Origin: Negaprion brevirostris
Taxonomy: Eukaryota
Length of the DNA: 64,000 bases
NCBI GenBank assembly: GCA_030324005.1
Contig: JARDVH010000149.1
Coordinates: 7,186,361-7,250,360 of the forward strand
Direction of reading: 5' to 3'
Shown piece after piece: positions 39,757 through 51,499 of this stretch. Position 1 is the first letter of the stretch; each line of letters begins with the position of its first letter. Position numbers and translations under genes: made by a program. The notes beneath the pieces are model-generated. The model was not told where the DNA came from. It worked only from the letters and a program-made list of their open reading frames with translations, and ran no database searches.

Positions 39757-40077
39757 GGGCAGGTTTGTGGCACAGTGGTTAGCACTGCTGCCTCTCCTAA
39801 TCTGGGACCCAGATTAGATTCCTATCTTGGGTCACTGTCTGCGCGGAGTCTGCACTTTGTTCCCGTGTCTGTGTGGGTTTCCTCCAGGTACTCCGATTTC
39901 CCCTCAGTCTGTAAGATGTACTGGTTAAGGTGGATTGACCATGCTAAATTGCCCCTTATTGTCAGGGGGATTAGCAGGGTAAATAATGGCATTACGGGGA
40001 TATGGTTTGGTAGGATAGTTGTTGGTGCAGGTTTGATGGGCCGAGTGGTTGCCTCCTGCATTATAGAGATTCTATGA
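39757..40077 (+). mobile_element. V-SINE, tail A
   Basis: gtggcacagtggttagcactgctgcctc..gatgggccgagtgg..gagattctatga. Confidence 0.9.
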
Positions 40078-40090
40078 TGTGTGAAAGTGA

Positions 40091-40197
40091 ACACTTTTCA
40101 GTGTTATCACTGGATAGCCATTAGGAGCAAAAACCTTTCTGCTTTTACTTTTCCTTCTCATTCTTTCTGCCCACTTGCTGAACTCCAGCCAAGAGAC
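40091..40197 (+). repeat. ~105-bp segment duplicated at 41771-41880
   Basis: gttatcactg.atagccattagga.caaaaacctttctgctttta.tttccttctcattct..ctgcccact..ctgaactccag.caaga at both sites. Confidence 0.85.
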
Positions 40198-40635
40198 TAT
40201 GGGGGTGAGATGGTACCTCCTTGCTGATTGACCTAGATTTGCTGATTCAGCACACACTTGGCACTGAAAGTATTTGCTTATTTGGTGTGAGTTCTCAGCT
40301 AGCGATGTTTTCGTTATAGGAAGGGCTGATGCTTTTATGCCCCCCTTTGAAAAATTCAGAATTTTATTGTACATGAGTTACTTTGGGTTGTCTATATACT
40401 CGAGTCAGTGTACATCTAAGATCATTAATTTGAACAGCACAGTGTAAGTCATCATCTCACAAGGTGGAAACTTGCATTTTGATATTTGTGGCTTGGTGTA
40501 CAAGTGGGCAAAGGCTTTAGTGACTAACCTGCCAAAATAGGCTATTGTTATCAAAGGCTATATAATAAAGGCTCATTTCAATATGTACTGTTTACCTAAA
40601 TTCTAGGCACTACTTATTCCTCTTTTTGCAATACG

Positions 40636-41010
40636 GGAAGACTTGAATTTATATATAAGATATGCATTCATATAGTATTTTTCACAACTGCTGGACATAT
40701 TAAGGCTAATGAATTATTTTTGAAGTGTAGTCATTGTTGTAATGTACAAAATGTGGCAGCCAATTTGCACATGGCTAACTTCAATGTAATAATGACCAGG
40801 TAATCTGTTTTTGTGATGGTGATGGGACACCATGGATGACTTCTACTTCTAACTCTCCTCCTCTTCGAAATAGTGCCACGGAAATTTGTGGAGCCACTTG
40901 AGTAGGCAGATGGGACCTTGCTTTAGCATCTCAACCAAAAGGTAGCACCTGAGATGTCATGCTTGATTTTTGCCCTCAAGTTTTGGAGTGGCATTTGAAC
41001 CTGGAATTTT
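40636..41010 (-). mobile_element. Deu-domain SINE
   Basis: tttgaagtgtagtcattgttgtaatgt..gcagccaatttgcac..aatgaccaggtaatctgttttt..ctcttcgaaatagtgcca. Confidence 0.8.
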
Positions 41011-41205
41011 TTGATCCAAAGGAGTGCTACATCAAGGAAGCTGTACATCACAGCTGGATTCTTTGCCGTTCTGAAACGAGGAGTCTGAGAGCGCTACAAC
41101 TAATTTCATTTGGTAGTTGTTATGATGGTCACTGCACACCTTCTACACCAATGGGTAGAATTTAAGGTCTCTTATGGGCATCTGGGGGTGAATAGTGAAT
41201 TAGTT

Positions 41206-42530
41206 GTTTGGTTTGATTTGATTTATTATTGTCACATTAACACACAGTGAAAAACATTGTTTCTGGCGCGCTGTACAGAAAGCAAACCGTTCACAGAGAA
41301 GGAAACGGGAGAGTGCAGAATGTAGTTTACAGTCATAACTAGGGTGTAGAGAAAGATCAACTTAATGCAAGGTAAGTCCATNNNNNNNNNNAATTATGCT
41401 GGCTACTTTGCCAAGGCAGCTGGAAGTTTAGACAGAGTCAATGAATGGGAGGCTGGTTTGCGTGATGGATTGGATTGCATTCACAACCTTTTGTAGTTCC
41501 TTGCAGTATTGGGCAGAACAGGAGCCATACCAAGCTGTGATACAACCAGAAAGAATGCTTTCTACAGTGCCTCTGTAAAAGTTGGTGAGAAACATAGCTG
41601 ACATGCCAAATTTCTTTAGTCTTCTGAGAAAGTATCGGCATGGGAGGATGGTTATTGGAGATCTGGACTTAAAAACTTGAAGCCTTTCTACTTCACCCCT
41701 GTTGATGTGGACAAGGGCATGTTCACCTTAAAGATGACAATCTACTTAATTTTGTTGACATTGAAAATTAACATTTTTCACTGTTATCACTGTATAGCCA
41801 TTAGGATCAAAAACCTTTCTGCTTTTATTTTCCTTCTCATTCTTCTCTCTGCCCACTCACTGAACTCCAGTCAAGAAAATAATNNNNNNNNNNNNNNNNN
41901 NNNNNNNNNNNNNNNNNNNNNNNNNNNNNNNNNNNNNNNNNNNNNNNNNNNNNNNNNNNNNNNNNNNNNNNNNNNNNNNNNNNTTTCTGCTTTTATTTTC
42001 CTTCTCATTCTTCTCTCTGCCCACTCACTGAACTCCAGTCAAGAAAATAATAGCACTTATTATTGTTTATTGTTGCTGCACCAGTTCACCAGATTCTCTA
42101 TCTCATTGCTGTACTCTGTCTTGTCATTGTTTGAGATCCAACCCACTACCGTGGTGTCGTCAGCAAACTTGAAAATTGAATTGGAGGGGAACTTGGCCAC
42201 ACAGCGGTGTATAAGGAGTATAGTAGGGCTGAGAACACAGTCTTGTGGGGCACTGGTGTTGACGGTGATCGTAGAGGAGATGTTGCCTCCTATCCTTACT
42301 GATTGTGGTCTGTGAGTTCAGTTCAGGATCCAATCATGGAGGGAGTTGCTGAGGCCCAGGCCATGGAGTTTGGAGATGTGTTTTGTGGGAATAATGGTGT
42401 CAAAGGCTGAGCTTTTGTCAATAAATGAGTGTGACATAAGTGTCCTTGTTATCTAGGGTTGAGTGCAGGGCCGTGGAGATGGTGTCTATTGTGGACCTGT
42501 TGCAGTGATAGGCAAGCTATTGTGAGTCCA
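41206..42530 (-). mobile_element. Rex1/Babar-type LINE fragment extending into the RT, carrying a local-sequence insertion (~41765-42065)
   Basis: Same 3' end as 6077; the minus strand of ~42140-42260 encodes TSAPQDCVLSP..KFADDTTVVG (RT catalytic motif). Confidence 0.85.
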
Positions 42531-45473
42531 GTAGTTGTGATGAAATCCTTATCTTTTCGTTGGAATCTAAACATTTACTAAGGACTGAGGTAGTGTGTTA
42601 TCAATGAGATGCCAGTTTTATGTTGTGGCCCATCAATTTCTCTCTAATGTGGTGTAGAATCTTTTGAGACTGGATTGGGACCCAGGTGCCAAATTGTTTT
42701 TATGTAGGTACATGTGTGTGAGTCTTGATAAAGCTTGATGTAATCTTAAATGAATGCAGGATCATTTTGAACTACCATTGAGCATTAATTGATTCACACC
42801 AGAGACTTACTGTCCTTGACTGTCACATGTTAGAAATATTAACCTAACAGCCAGTGAAATTTAACAGCCTCACCCACTGAATCAGGCCTTTCCCTGTTAA
42901 GAAATATGAAGCACTTAGAAGCAGAGAAGGATTATTGAGCTTAGCTTCATCCTTGGCTCAAAATCATCCAAATGTGACAGTGTGCTGAGCAAATAAAAAT
43001 GTGCCTGTTTAATACCACACACTTAATTTGCAGCCTCTGTGCTTATGAATGACTGTCATTTTTCTCTTCTGAATCAGCAGGATTTACAGTACATAAAATA
43101 TCTTTTGATGTTGCAATAAATGTTAAAAGGAAATTCTGGTCTTGTGGTTTCACTGTGTGTGTTGAATGGTTGGTTTGCAGAAAGCCTGAATGTGGAAAGT
43201 TTTTTTTCTCTTGCACCGTTGGGTTTCCTGCTGCAAACAAGTACAGTATGGTTAAATCTCATTGATGCCTTGCAACAGACGTAAATATTTTCGTCCTTTT
43301 TTTACTGGGAGTGTTTGTCTTACCTGGTGACTGGAGCATTGATCAAATTGTGATGCTTTCCTAGTTCATCAGAGTCTTAAATATTACAGGAACTGAGTAT
43401 CAGTGCAACTTCTTTCATTGAGTTCTGTAACAAGTGTTAAATCATTGAAATCTAAATTGTTTTATTAACGGTTTGAGTTTTCACTTAATTGAATTATCAC
43501 TGTGTGAAACAAGAGTTTTTTTGAACTGGAGCACATTTTGTAACACATAACACGGGCACAAAATAGATGACTGAACATGTGTTGGGTACAGTGGCACCTG
43601 ATTATTTGAATGTTTATAATTCAGAATGCTGCATCAGTTATTACATGGTTCTTTGACCCCTAGCATCTGTGATTCCTTGTTGGATTGATGGGATGGTGAT
43701 CATTTTATCATTTTTTTTGCTCTTTCAGGCCCTGCCTTAAATTAACTAGGTCAGTCTTAATTAATTTCTTCTGGGCATGAGTCCCAAATGCTACCTGATT
43801 GTCATAATGCTCAGAGGGAGAGAGCACAGAATAGCTGGTATGGGAAATGGGGGAAAAAAATAGCATTGTGCTCAGGCACATTGTTGGGTATGATGAGAGA
43901 ATATCCTCAAAATGTTGGTACACTCATGACCAAGTTGACAATTAACCCTGTTGTCATTCTGTGATTTTTCAAGCCAGATTTGTGTTTGTGGTGCAAATTC
44001 AGCGTGAAAATGGCTGAATTGCATTCTGTTTCAGCTGCAGAGCTTTTAGAGGTCCCTGAATAGGCATTTCCATTAGCAGAGTATTGAATCTGACAACAAG
44101 AGCCAACTGTTGACCGCAATCAGTGCATGTCGAAATGCACATGCTGAAAAGCTAGCTATCAGACCCCTCAGTTTCATAAAATTTAACATGTGCAACCAGG
44201 TTACTTTTGCTGTGCACTTTAGCCATTCGGATCTCTTTCAAAATTCAAAGTCATGGTGTGTGCATGAGCTGCTTTAATGTGCTCCATATCTGTTTCTGTG
44301 GTGAAGTGATATTTAATGCAGCTTACTTGCACAGTGCAAGCAAGTGTAACGGACGTGTGAACCAAGGCTTAGCAGATGCCTACAATAAAAGATGACCAGA
44401 ACTGAAGTGCTAAGAGTATTCAACACATGTTGGCTATTTGTATTCTGCTGCATGAATTATTAGTGGGTTATTTTTTAACCGAGAGTTGCCTTTATCTGGT
44501 ATCTGAGCTGCCAACGTTTGAATTTTTAGTGTTCTCAATTGCAATATGCTTGCGTTTTTGAATTTGTGTCTAAAACCAAGATTGGGATGTGTTTTGCTGG
44601 GGGAATAGTGAGAAGCAAAGGTTTTGAGGTCAGGATGCAGGGCAGCAGAGCACTGCTGGTGAAAAATATGCAGCCCACAATGAAACTGCAATGTGTGTAA
44701 ATCATCAAAAATGAAAAGCAGGGACACACTGGGAGGTTTGTGCCTTTTGGCTTATGCATTTCCTCTTCCTAGAAATGAGTTGTCAGTTTCCAGCTTCTCA
44801 GTGACTCAATAGAAGGCAGCATCATACAGCTAGCTTTTATTATAATGTATGCCTTGTCTGTAGATGGAGAGCACATTGGGGAAGCTTCTCCTTTGGGTTC
44901 ACTTGGCAATCTAGATGCGGATTGCGGCCAAAATCGAGTTGGGTTTCTGGAGTTTTTTTTCAGTTGCCTTTCTGTTCAAGCTCATTTGCATATCATTGCT
45001 CTAATTCATGGCAGTTTACATTTACGTCAGATATTATTTGGAACCTGTATTTTGAAATATTTTCTTTTATAAAGATTATCCTATGATGTATTTAAGAGTA
45101 GTGCCATTTTATTAAACCCATTTTCAGTCATGTTATTGCAAAGAAGCATTTTAATCGGTGTTTGGTTTTGCCAATTGTATTTAAAATCAGTTTCAAAGAA
45201 CTGGAAATATCTTTTTTTCTGAAGTTGCTTTTTTGGACCTCTTGGAAGGCCTGCAAATGAATGCATTTAGTGCAGTCTCAGTGGTGACTTGATCTGGACA
45301 TGGCCGGTTTTGTGGGCAGGCGTGGTTCCTAGTATATTTTGTTTTTAAACTTGTGCAAAAGGTATGGACACTTGAATTGCACCGATTATAAACTGCAATT
45401 GAAATTCTGTTACCTTTCATGCCGGTTTGGCAGATTTCTGGTGAACTGTGCAGAAAAAGCCAGAGCAATCGAT

Positions 45474-45732
45474 AGGGTGCCATAGTGGCACGGTTGTTAA
45501 CATTGCTGCATCACAATTCCCAGCTTAGGTCACTTTGCGGAGTCTGCATGTTCTCCCTGCGACTGCATGAGTTTCTTTCCACAGTCTGAAAAACATACTA
45601 GTTAGACGTATTGGCCATATTAAATTCTCCCTCAGTGTAACCGAACATCAGGTGTGGTGACATGGGGATTTTTACAGTAACTTCTTTGCAGTGTTAATAT
45701 AAGCCTACTTGTGACACTAATAAATAAACTTA
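45474..45732 (+). mobile_element. V-SINE, tail B
   Basis: gtggcacggttgttaacattgctg..cagtaacttctttgcagtgttaatataagcctacttgtgacactaataaataaac. Confidence 0.85.
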
Positions 45733-46689
45733 ACAAAAAAACTCTCCTGCTCTATAATATCAAATGATGCTGCATCCCAAACAAAATCTTAATCTTTCCA
45801 ATTAGTGTCAATCTTTTAAGAATCTTAGTGGCGATCACTAACTTTGTAGCAATCGTATTGGTCATTAGAAATTGCTGTTAACTTCTTTGGCTATTTTCAC
45901 CTGCTAATAACCATATGATTGACCCGATTTGTTTTTTGACAGATCTTTGATCTAGTTCTGTGTAAAGCAGGTGAGGGAATTTGGTCAACTTCAATTTATC
46001 AGACGATGGTTGATTGAACCCATGGCAAATAATATTGTCTTTTTTATTCTCGTTGAATTGGAACCCAAGATTGGCCTGTGGAAACAGGATGACTGAAAGA
46101 TCTCCCATGTTATTAGTCTTAACCTTGGATGCTATTATTGATAGTGACATGAAGGATGGCTATTTCTTTCACGAACAGTGAAACAGGAAATGTTTATAGC
46201 ATTTCAGCTATAGGAGATTTTCAGTCAAGGGCCTGCTAATGGAATTTAAATTATATTAAAATGAAGCCTGCATACATTATGCAGCTCCACGCCGGTTTCC
46301 AGCGCAGAGTTGACTGTGCTGGAAATCCAGCTGCCAGAGATTCATGGAGGCCCTGGTGCCCAGCAGGGAGCCCACAAAACGGCCGCCACTAGAATCTCCT
46401 GGCCTGCTGTGCTACAAAAGCAGTGCAGTGGGCTGGGAGAATTGCCCCCCCCATNNNNNNNNNNNNNNNNNNNNNNNNNNNNNNNNNNNNNNNNNNNNNN
46501 NNNNNNNNNNNNNNNNNNNNNNNNNNNNNNNNNNNNNNNNNNNNNNNNNNNNNNAAAAGCAGTGCAGTGGGCTGGGAGAATTGCCCCCCCCATATGTCCA
46601 CATTTCTAATGGAAACGACTACACTGGTACTGCTGTAGCACTTCAATTGAGGGTACACCTGGAACCACCTGCTTTTCACTCTTACGTAT

Positions 46690-46935
46690 GAGTATATGAA
46701 TTAGCAGCAGGAGTAGACCACTCGATCCCTCAGGCCTGTTCTTCCATTCAGTAAGATCATGGCTGATCTCATTGTAATTTCAACCCCACGTTCCTGCCTA
46801 TTCCTGATAACCTTTCACCCCTTTGTTAATCAAGAATCTACCTAGCTTTGCCTTAAACATATTCAATCACTTTGCTTCTGCTGTCTTTTGAGTGTTCCAG
46901 AGACGCTCAATCCTCGGAAAAAAATTCTCCCCATC
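46690..46935 (-). mobile_element. CR1 3' tail
   Basis: gcaggagtagacca..ccattcagtaagatcatggctgatct..ttaatcaagaatcta. Confidence 0.8.
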
Positions 46936-47082
46936 CTTCATCAGAACTGATTGAGTCCTCGATAATTATGATAGATCATCGACCTGAAACATTAACTCTG
47001 TTTTCTCTCCACAATGTTGCTTGACCTGAGTATTTCCAACTTTTTTCCCTCCTTTTTATTTCAGATTTTCAGCATCTGCAAA
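46936..47082 (+). mobile_element. Penelope-like terminal repeat fragment
   Basis: tcgacctgaaacattaactctgttttctctccaca..gacctgagtatttcca..tttcagattttcagcatctgca. Confidence 0.65.
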
Positions 47083-47498
47083 TTTGTCAGTAGTTCTTAA
47101 AAAAATCAGTGCAGTGCTGCCAGATATAAGTTTCAATTTCACCCAGTGTCCTGTCCCTGTACTCACTCAACAGGCACCAGGGATCTCGTGCCTTAAACCT
47201 CACATTCAACACTCCATTGCACCAAATCTCAGGTTTGCTGCCTCTAGGTCTGTGTACTATGTCAACCTGAAGATCTGCATCCTACTTCTGCGAAACTTTA
47301 GGATTATTCTCACGTGTTAACAAAATGCTGGACTGCCCACTGAGGGCTTCCAGTTGCTGCTCCCAACCTACTCCCACTCCCCCTCACTGCGCCATCCTGT
47401 TCAATACCAACTGACTGACCTTCATATGGTATATCCTGCAAACCCACCAGCTGTACTTGTCAGCTTTAAAACCACTACAGTATAAAAGTTGAATATAT

Positions 47499-47860
47499 TT
47501 TGATTTATTATTGTCACATGTATTAATATAGTGAAAAGTATTGTTTCTTGTGCGCTATTCAGACAGAACGTGCGGTTCATAGAGAAGGAAAGGAGAGAGT
47601 GCAGAATGTAGTGTTACAGTCATAGCTAGGGTGTAGAGCAAGATCAACTTAATGCAAGGTAAATACCTTCAAAAGTGTGGCAGCAGGGCAGAAGCTGTTT
47701 TTGAGTCGGTTGGTACGTGACCTCAGACTTTTGTATCTTTTTCCCGACGGAAGAAGATGGAAGAGAGAATATCTGGGGTGCATGGGGTCCTGAATTATGT
47801 TGGCTGCTTTGCCGAGGCAGCGGGAAGTGTAAGCAGAGCCAATGGATGGAAGGCTGGCAA
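47499..47860 (-). mobile_element. Rex1/Babar-type LINE 3' fragment
   Basis: SLPSIGSAYTSRCLGKAANIIQDPMHPRYSLFHLLPSGKRYKSLRSRTNRLKNSF. Confidence 0.85.
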
Positions 47861-48397
47861 AAGAGTATATATCTCTGTATTCCACAAATCAGTCCATTAT
47901 TCCATCTCCAAAGCGCCATTTAAAAACCCAAATCTATGATTTAATAAAAATGGAAGTCACCTTGCTGTAAATCAATCTAATACCCAACATTAAACATCCC
48001 CAGTGTTGGAAAACAGCAAACCTCATTGGAGATCTATCGTTCGTAATATATAATAATTAAGTATATGTTTGAAAGGAAATTGAGACCAACTAATGCATTT
48101 CACCGAAGAGTTATATTGGCGTTCTTTCTTTCTGGCTTTTAGGAAAGCACCAGAATCAAACTCCTACTACACTACTGGACCAATGACACTTGTTTTTACC
48201 CTGAAACTCCTGGCGACTTTGAGGCTTTTTAAAGAAAATGCCCTCCCTAGGCCCAGCAATCTTGAGAACGTTGCCACCTTTTTTTTTGAAGAGCAATCTT
48301 GAAGAACCTGTAGAGTTGCTGCAGGCTTTGAACAAATCTGTAATAATGCAGATGTTTTATTCTGAGTTGTACTTCCCAAAAAAGAGTTTTTTTCTTT

Positions 48398-48628
48398 CAG
48401 CATAATGGTTAGCATTGTTGCCTTTTAATGCCATGGACTCAGGTTCAATTCTGACCTTGGTAACTATGTGCAGATTAGGTGGATTGGCCATGCTAAATTA
48501 CCCATTGGTGTCAGGAAGATTAGCAGAGTAGATACATGGAGTTGCAGGGATGAGGCTTGGGTAGGATTGTTGTTGGTCCAGGCTTGATGGGCTGAATGGC
48601 CACCTTCTGCACTGTAGGTATTCTATGA
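48398..48628 (+). mobile_element. V-SINE, tail A, V-domain deleted
   Basis: atggttagcattgttgcc..ggttcaattc joined directly to gtgcagattaggtggattggccatgctaaatt..cttctgcactgtagg. Confidence 0.8.
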
Positions 48629-48992
48629 CAAACTATTTTAGTTGGATTGTTTGTTGGGAAAATTATGCTTTCTGGGGGAGATGCAACAAACTTCATATAT
48701 ATTTGCAAATGTACTTTTGTGGTACTTCAAATATTTAAAAGTAAATTATTCATCAATAGTTTCAGACTTATTAATGAGCCCATTAAGCTGTTCAGTGTTG
48801 TATGTGTGGCGGAGCCCCCGTCACTGATCCTGTTGTGCAACAGAGGCCCGCCTCTCCCCGATCCTGTTGTGTGGAAGTGCGCCATCCCAGCCTCTGAAGA
48901 GAGAAATGACATTCGGCCACTGCATTTCCTATTCTTGCAATGTTTCCTGTCCATTTTGTACGGATTTGTTGTCAAATTGATGCTTTGGATTA

Positions 48993-50072
48993 CCATAGAA
49001 AATTACAGCTCAGAAATAGGCCTTCTGGCCCTTGTCTGTGCCAAACCATTTTTTGCCTAGTCCCACTGATCTGCACTTGGACCACATTCTTCCATACCCC
49101 TCTCATCCATGAACCTGTCCATGTTTTTTTTTAAATATTAAAAGTGACCCTGCATTTACCACTTTATCCAGCAACTCATTCCACACTTCCACCACTCTCT
49201 GCGTGAAGAAGCCCCCACTAATATTCCCTTTAAACTTTTCTCCTTTCACCCTTAACCCATGCCCTCTGGTTTATTTCTCCCCTAGCCTCAGTGGAAAAAG
49301 CCTGCTTGCATTCACACTATCTATACCCATCAAAATCTTATACACCTCTTTCAAATCTCCTCTCATTCTTCTACACTCCAGGGAATAAAGTCCTAACCTA
49401 TTCGATCTTTCTCTAACTCAGCTTCTCAAGTCCTGGCAACATCCTTGTGAACCTTCTCTGCACACTTTCAACCTTATTTACATCCTTCCTGTAACTAGGT
49501 GACCAAAACTGTACACAATACCCTAAATTTGGCCTCATCAATGTCTTATACAACCTTACCATAACACTCCAATTTTTATACTCGATACTCCGATTTACAA
49601 AAGCCAATGTACCAAAAGCACTCTTTATGACCCTATCCACCTGTGGTGTCACTTTTAAGGAATTCTGTACCTGTACTCCCAGATCCCTCTGTTCAACTGC
49701 ACTCTTCAGGGTCCTACCATTTACCCTGCACATTCTTTGGTTTGTCCTTCCAAAGTGCAATACCTCACACTTGTTTGCATTAAATTCCATTTGCCATTTT
49801 TCAGCCCATTTTTCTAGTTGGTTCAAATCCATCTGCAAGCTTTGTAAACCTCCAATCTTTGTATCATCAGCAAACTTGCTGATCCAGTTTACCACATTAG
49901 CATCCAGATCATTGATGTAGATTACACAACAATGGACCCAACACCGATCCCTGCGGCACACCGCTAGTCGCTAGTCACTAGTCTCCATTCAGAGAAGCAA
50001 TCCTCCACAACCACTCTCTGGCTTCTCCTATTGAGCCAGTGTCTAATCCAATTTACTACCTCCCCATGTATA
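48993..50072 (-). mobile_element. CR1 LINE RT fragment, best preserved copy (182-aa ORF at 49413-49961)
   Basis: IYINDLDANVVNWISKFADDTKIGG..QMEFNANKCEVLHFGR..YKTLMRPNLGYCVQFWSPSYRKDVNKVESVQRRFTRMLPGL. Confidence 0.92.
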
Positions 50073-50466
50073 CTTGTACCCACTGCTGCACCTTCAAAAC
50101 AAGATGTGCCTTTAAAAATGGACTGCATCGATTCATTGCATGTCCGTGGCCAATCTACCGCATGTCATGAGCATTTTGGAAACATTGGGATAGAACGTGG
50201 AAGGCTGGCCAGGCGTGCATTGAAGTAGTTAAGTCAAGAGTGTAATAGAAGGAATAGATGTTGGTTTTATCAGCAGATCAACCATTCAGCTGCTGTGCTG
50301 TCTTAAAACTTTTTTCCATTTGATAGACAACATGCAATAAGCTGGTCTTGTAACTTTAAAGTTCAGTGTTGGTCATCTGTCTGCCTACTGAATGAAGTGC
50401 CTCTCTCCAGGTCCCTTTTGGTTTTGTGTATATTATTGCATCATTTTCTATTCTGTCCATGTGTTA

Positions 50467-51389
50467 ATGGGCAACATATACTGTTACCCATCAGATTTCT
50501 AATGCTCGCCAAGAAGTCCACCCAGTAAATTGGACAGAAATAACTGGAGCCTCTGCATGAAGGTCGTAACTTACTTCTCCACCTCTAATATTGATGCACC
50601 TTCATTACTGATGGTACGAAGTGGAATTTTGACAATTTTTTTTCTACTAAAGGAAAGTGAAATTGAACAAGCTAGACTGAAGTACAAATTTGAGCATAAT
50701 AAACAGGGGACTTGCATGATGTCAGTGGGGATCAAGGCAATGGCAATAGAGGTATTATTGCTGGACTAATCCAGCATAATGCTCTTGGGCAGATGGTGAA
50801 ATTTGAATTCAATAAAAATCTGGAATTAAAAGTCCAATGATAACTATGAAGTTTTTGCCAGTTGTAAAACCCATCTGGTTCACTAATGATCTGATGCCCT
50901 TATCTGGTCTGGTCTACATGTGACTGCATGTGCCCTCAGGGCACTTGGAGATGGGCAGTAAATGCTGGCCAGCCATCAGCGTCCACATGAATGAATAAAT
51001 AAAATGTCACAAACACTTTGGTCAATGAAGTGTCTTTGAATTTTCATTTTTATACTGCTGCAATGCAGAAAATTCAACATTGGCAATTATTTTGGCCACC
51101 AGCTAATCTAACCTAATACTACATAAACCTTGGGGAAATGCCTTACAAATCGATGTGCTGTGAAGCACAGTGTTTTACTGTCTGTCTGAAGTCTAGATGG
51201 GGAACATGTACTGTTATCCGTCAGATTTCTAATGTTATCCAAGAAATCCAACCAGCAAATTGGTCAGAAATAACCTGAGCCTCTGCATGGAGATTGTAAC
51301 TTACTTCTCCATCTCTAATATTGATGCACTCTCATTACTGATGTTACTAAGTGGAATTTTGGCAGAAGGCTTTACTACTGAAGGAAAGT
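50467..51389 (+). repeat. Diverged ~190-bp direct repeat pair (50467-50658 and 51197-51389)
   Basis: Shared blocks tcagatttctaatg, aaattgg.cagaaataac, gagcctctgcatg, gtaacttacttctcca.ctctaatattgatgcac, aagtggaattttg, aaggaaagt. Confidence 0.9.
50725..51003 (+). mobile_element. tRNA-headed SINE (family 4)
   Basis: ctggactaatccag..cagatggtgaaatttgaattcaat..tctggtctggtctacatgtgact..gatgggcagtaaatgctggcc..catgaatgaataaa. Confidence 0.75.
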
Positions 51390-51425
51390 CTCATGCTTAG
51401 AACTAGCCTGTCCGCATTGAAAGGT

Positions 51426-51499
51426 TGAACTTTAACCTGGCGATGTGAAGCTTCTTACTGTGTTTATCCCAGTCTAATGCTGGCATTCCCACATCATGT
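51426..51499 (+). mobile_element. 5'-truncated mini-element of the 17071 family with a 10-bp TSD
   Basis: attgaaaggt at 51416-51425 and 51500-51509; tail cccagtctaatgctggcattcccacatcat. Confidence 0.75.

Noticed and set aside
41815-42052. Exact ~70-bp repeat on both sides of a 100-N gap
   Set aside because: Identical sequence flanking a placeholder gap is a typical unmerged contig overlap (assembly artefact)
46416-46594. Exact ~40-bp repeat (aaaagcagtgcagtgggctgggagaattgcccc..) across a 100-N gap
   Set aside because: Same contig-overlap artefact; not a tandem repeat or CRISPR array
49413-49961. 182-aa RT ORF as a functional or domesticated gene
   Set aside because: 5'-truncated CR1 with a frameshift at the QGSVLGP motif and a deletion after FADDTKIGG
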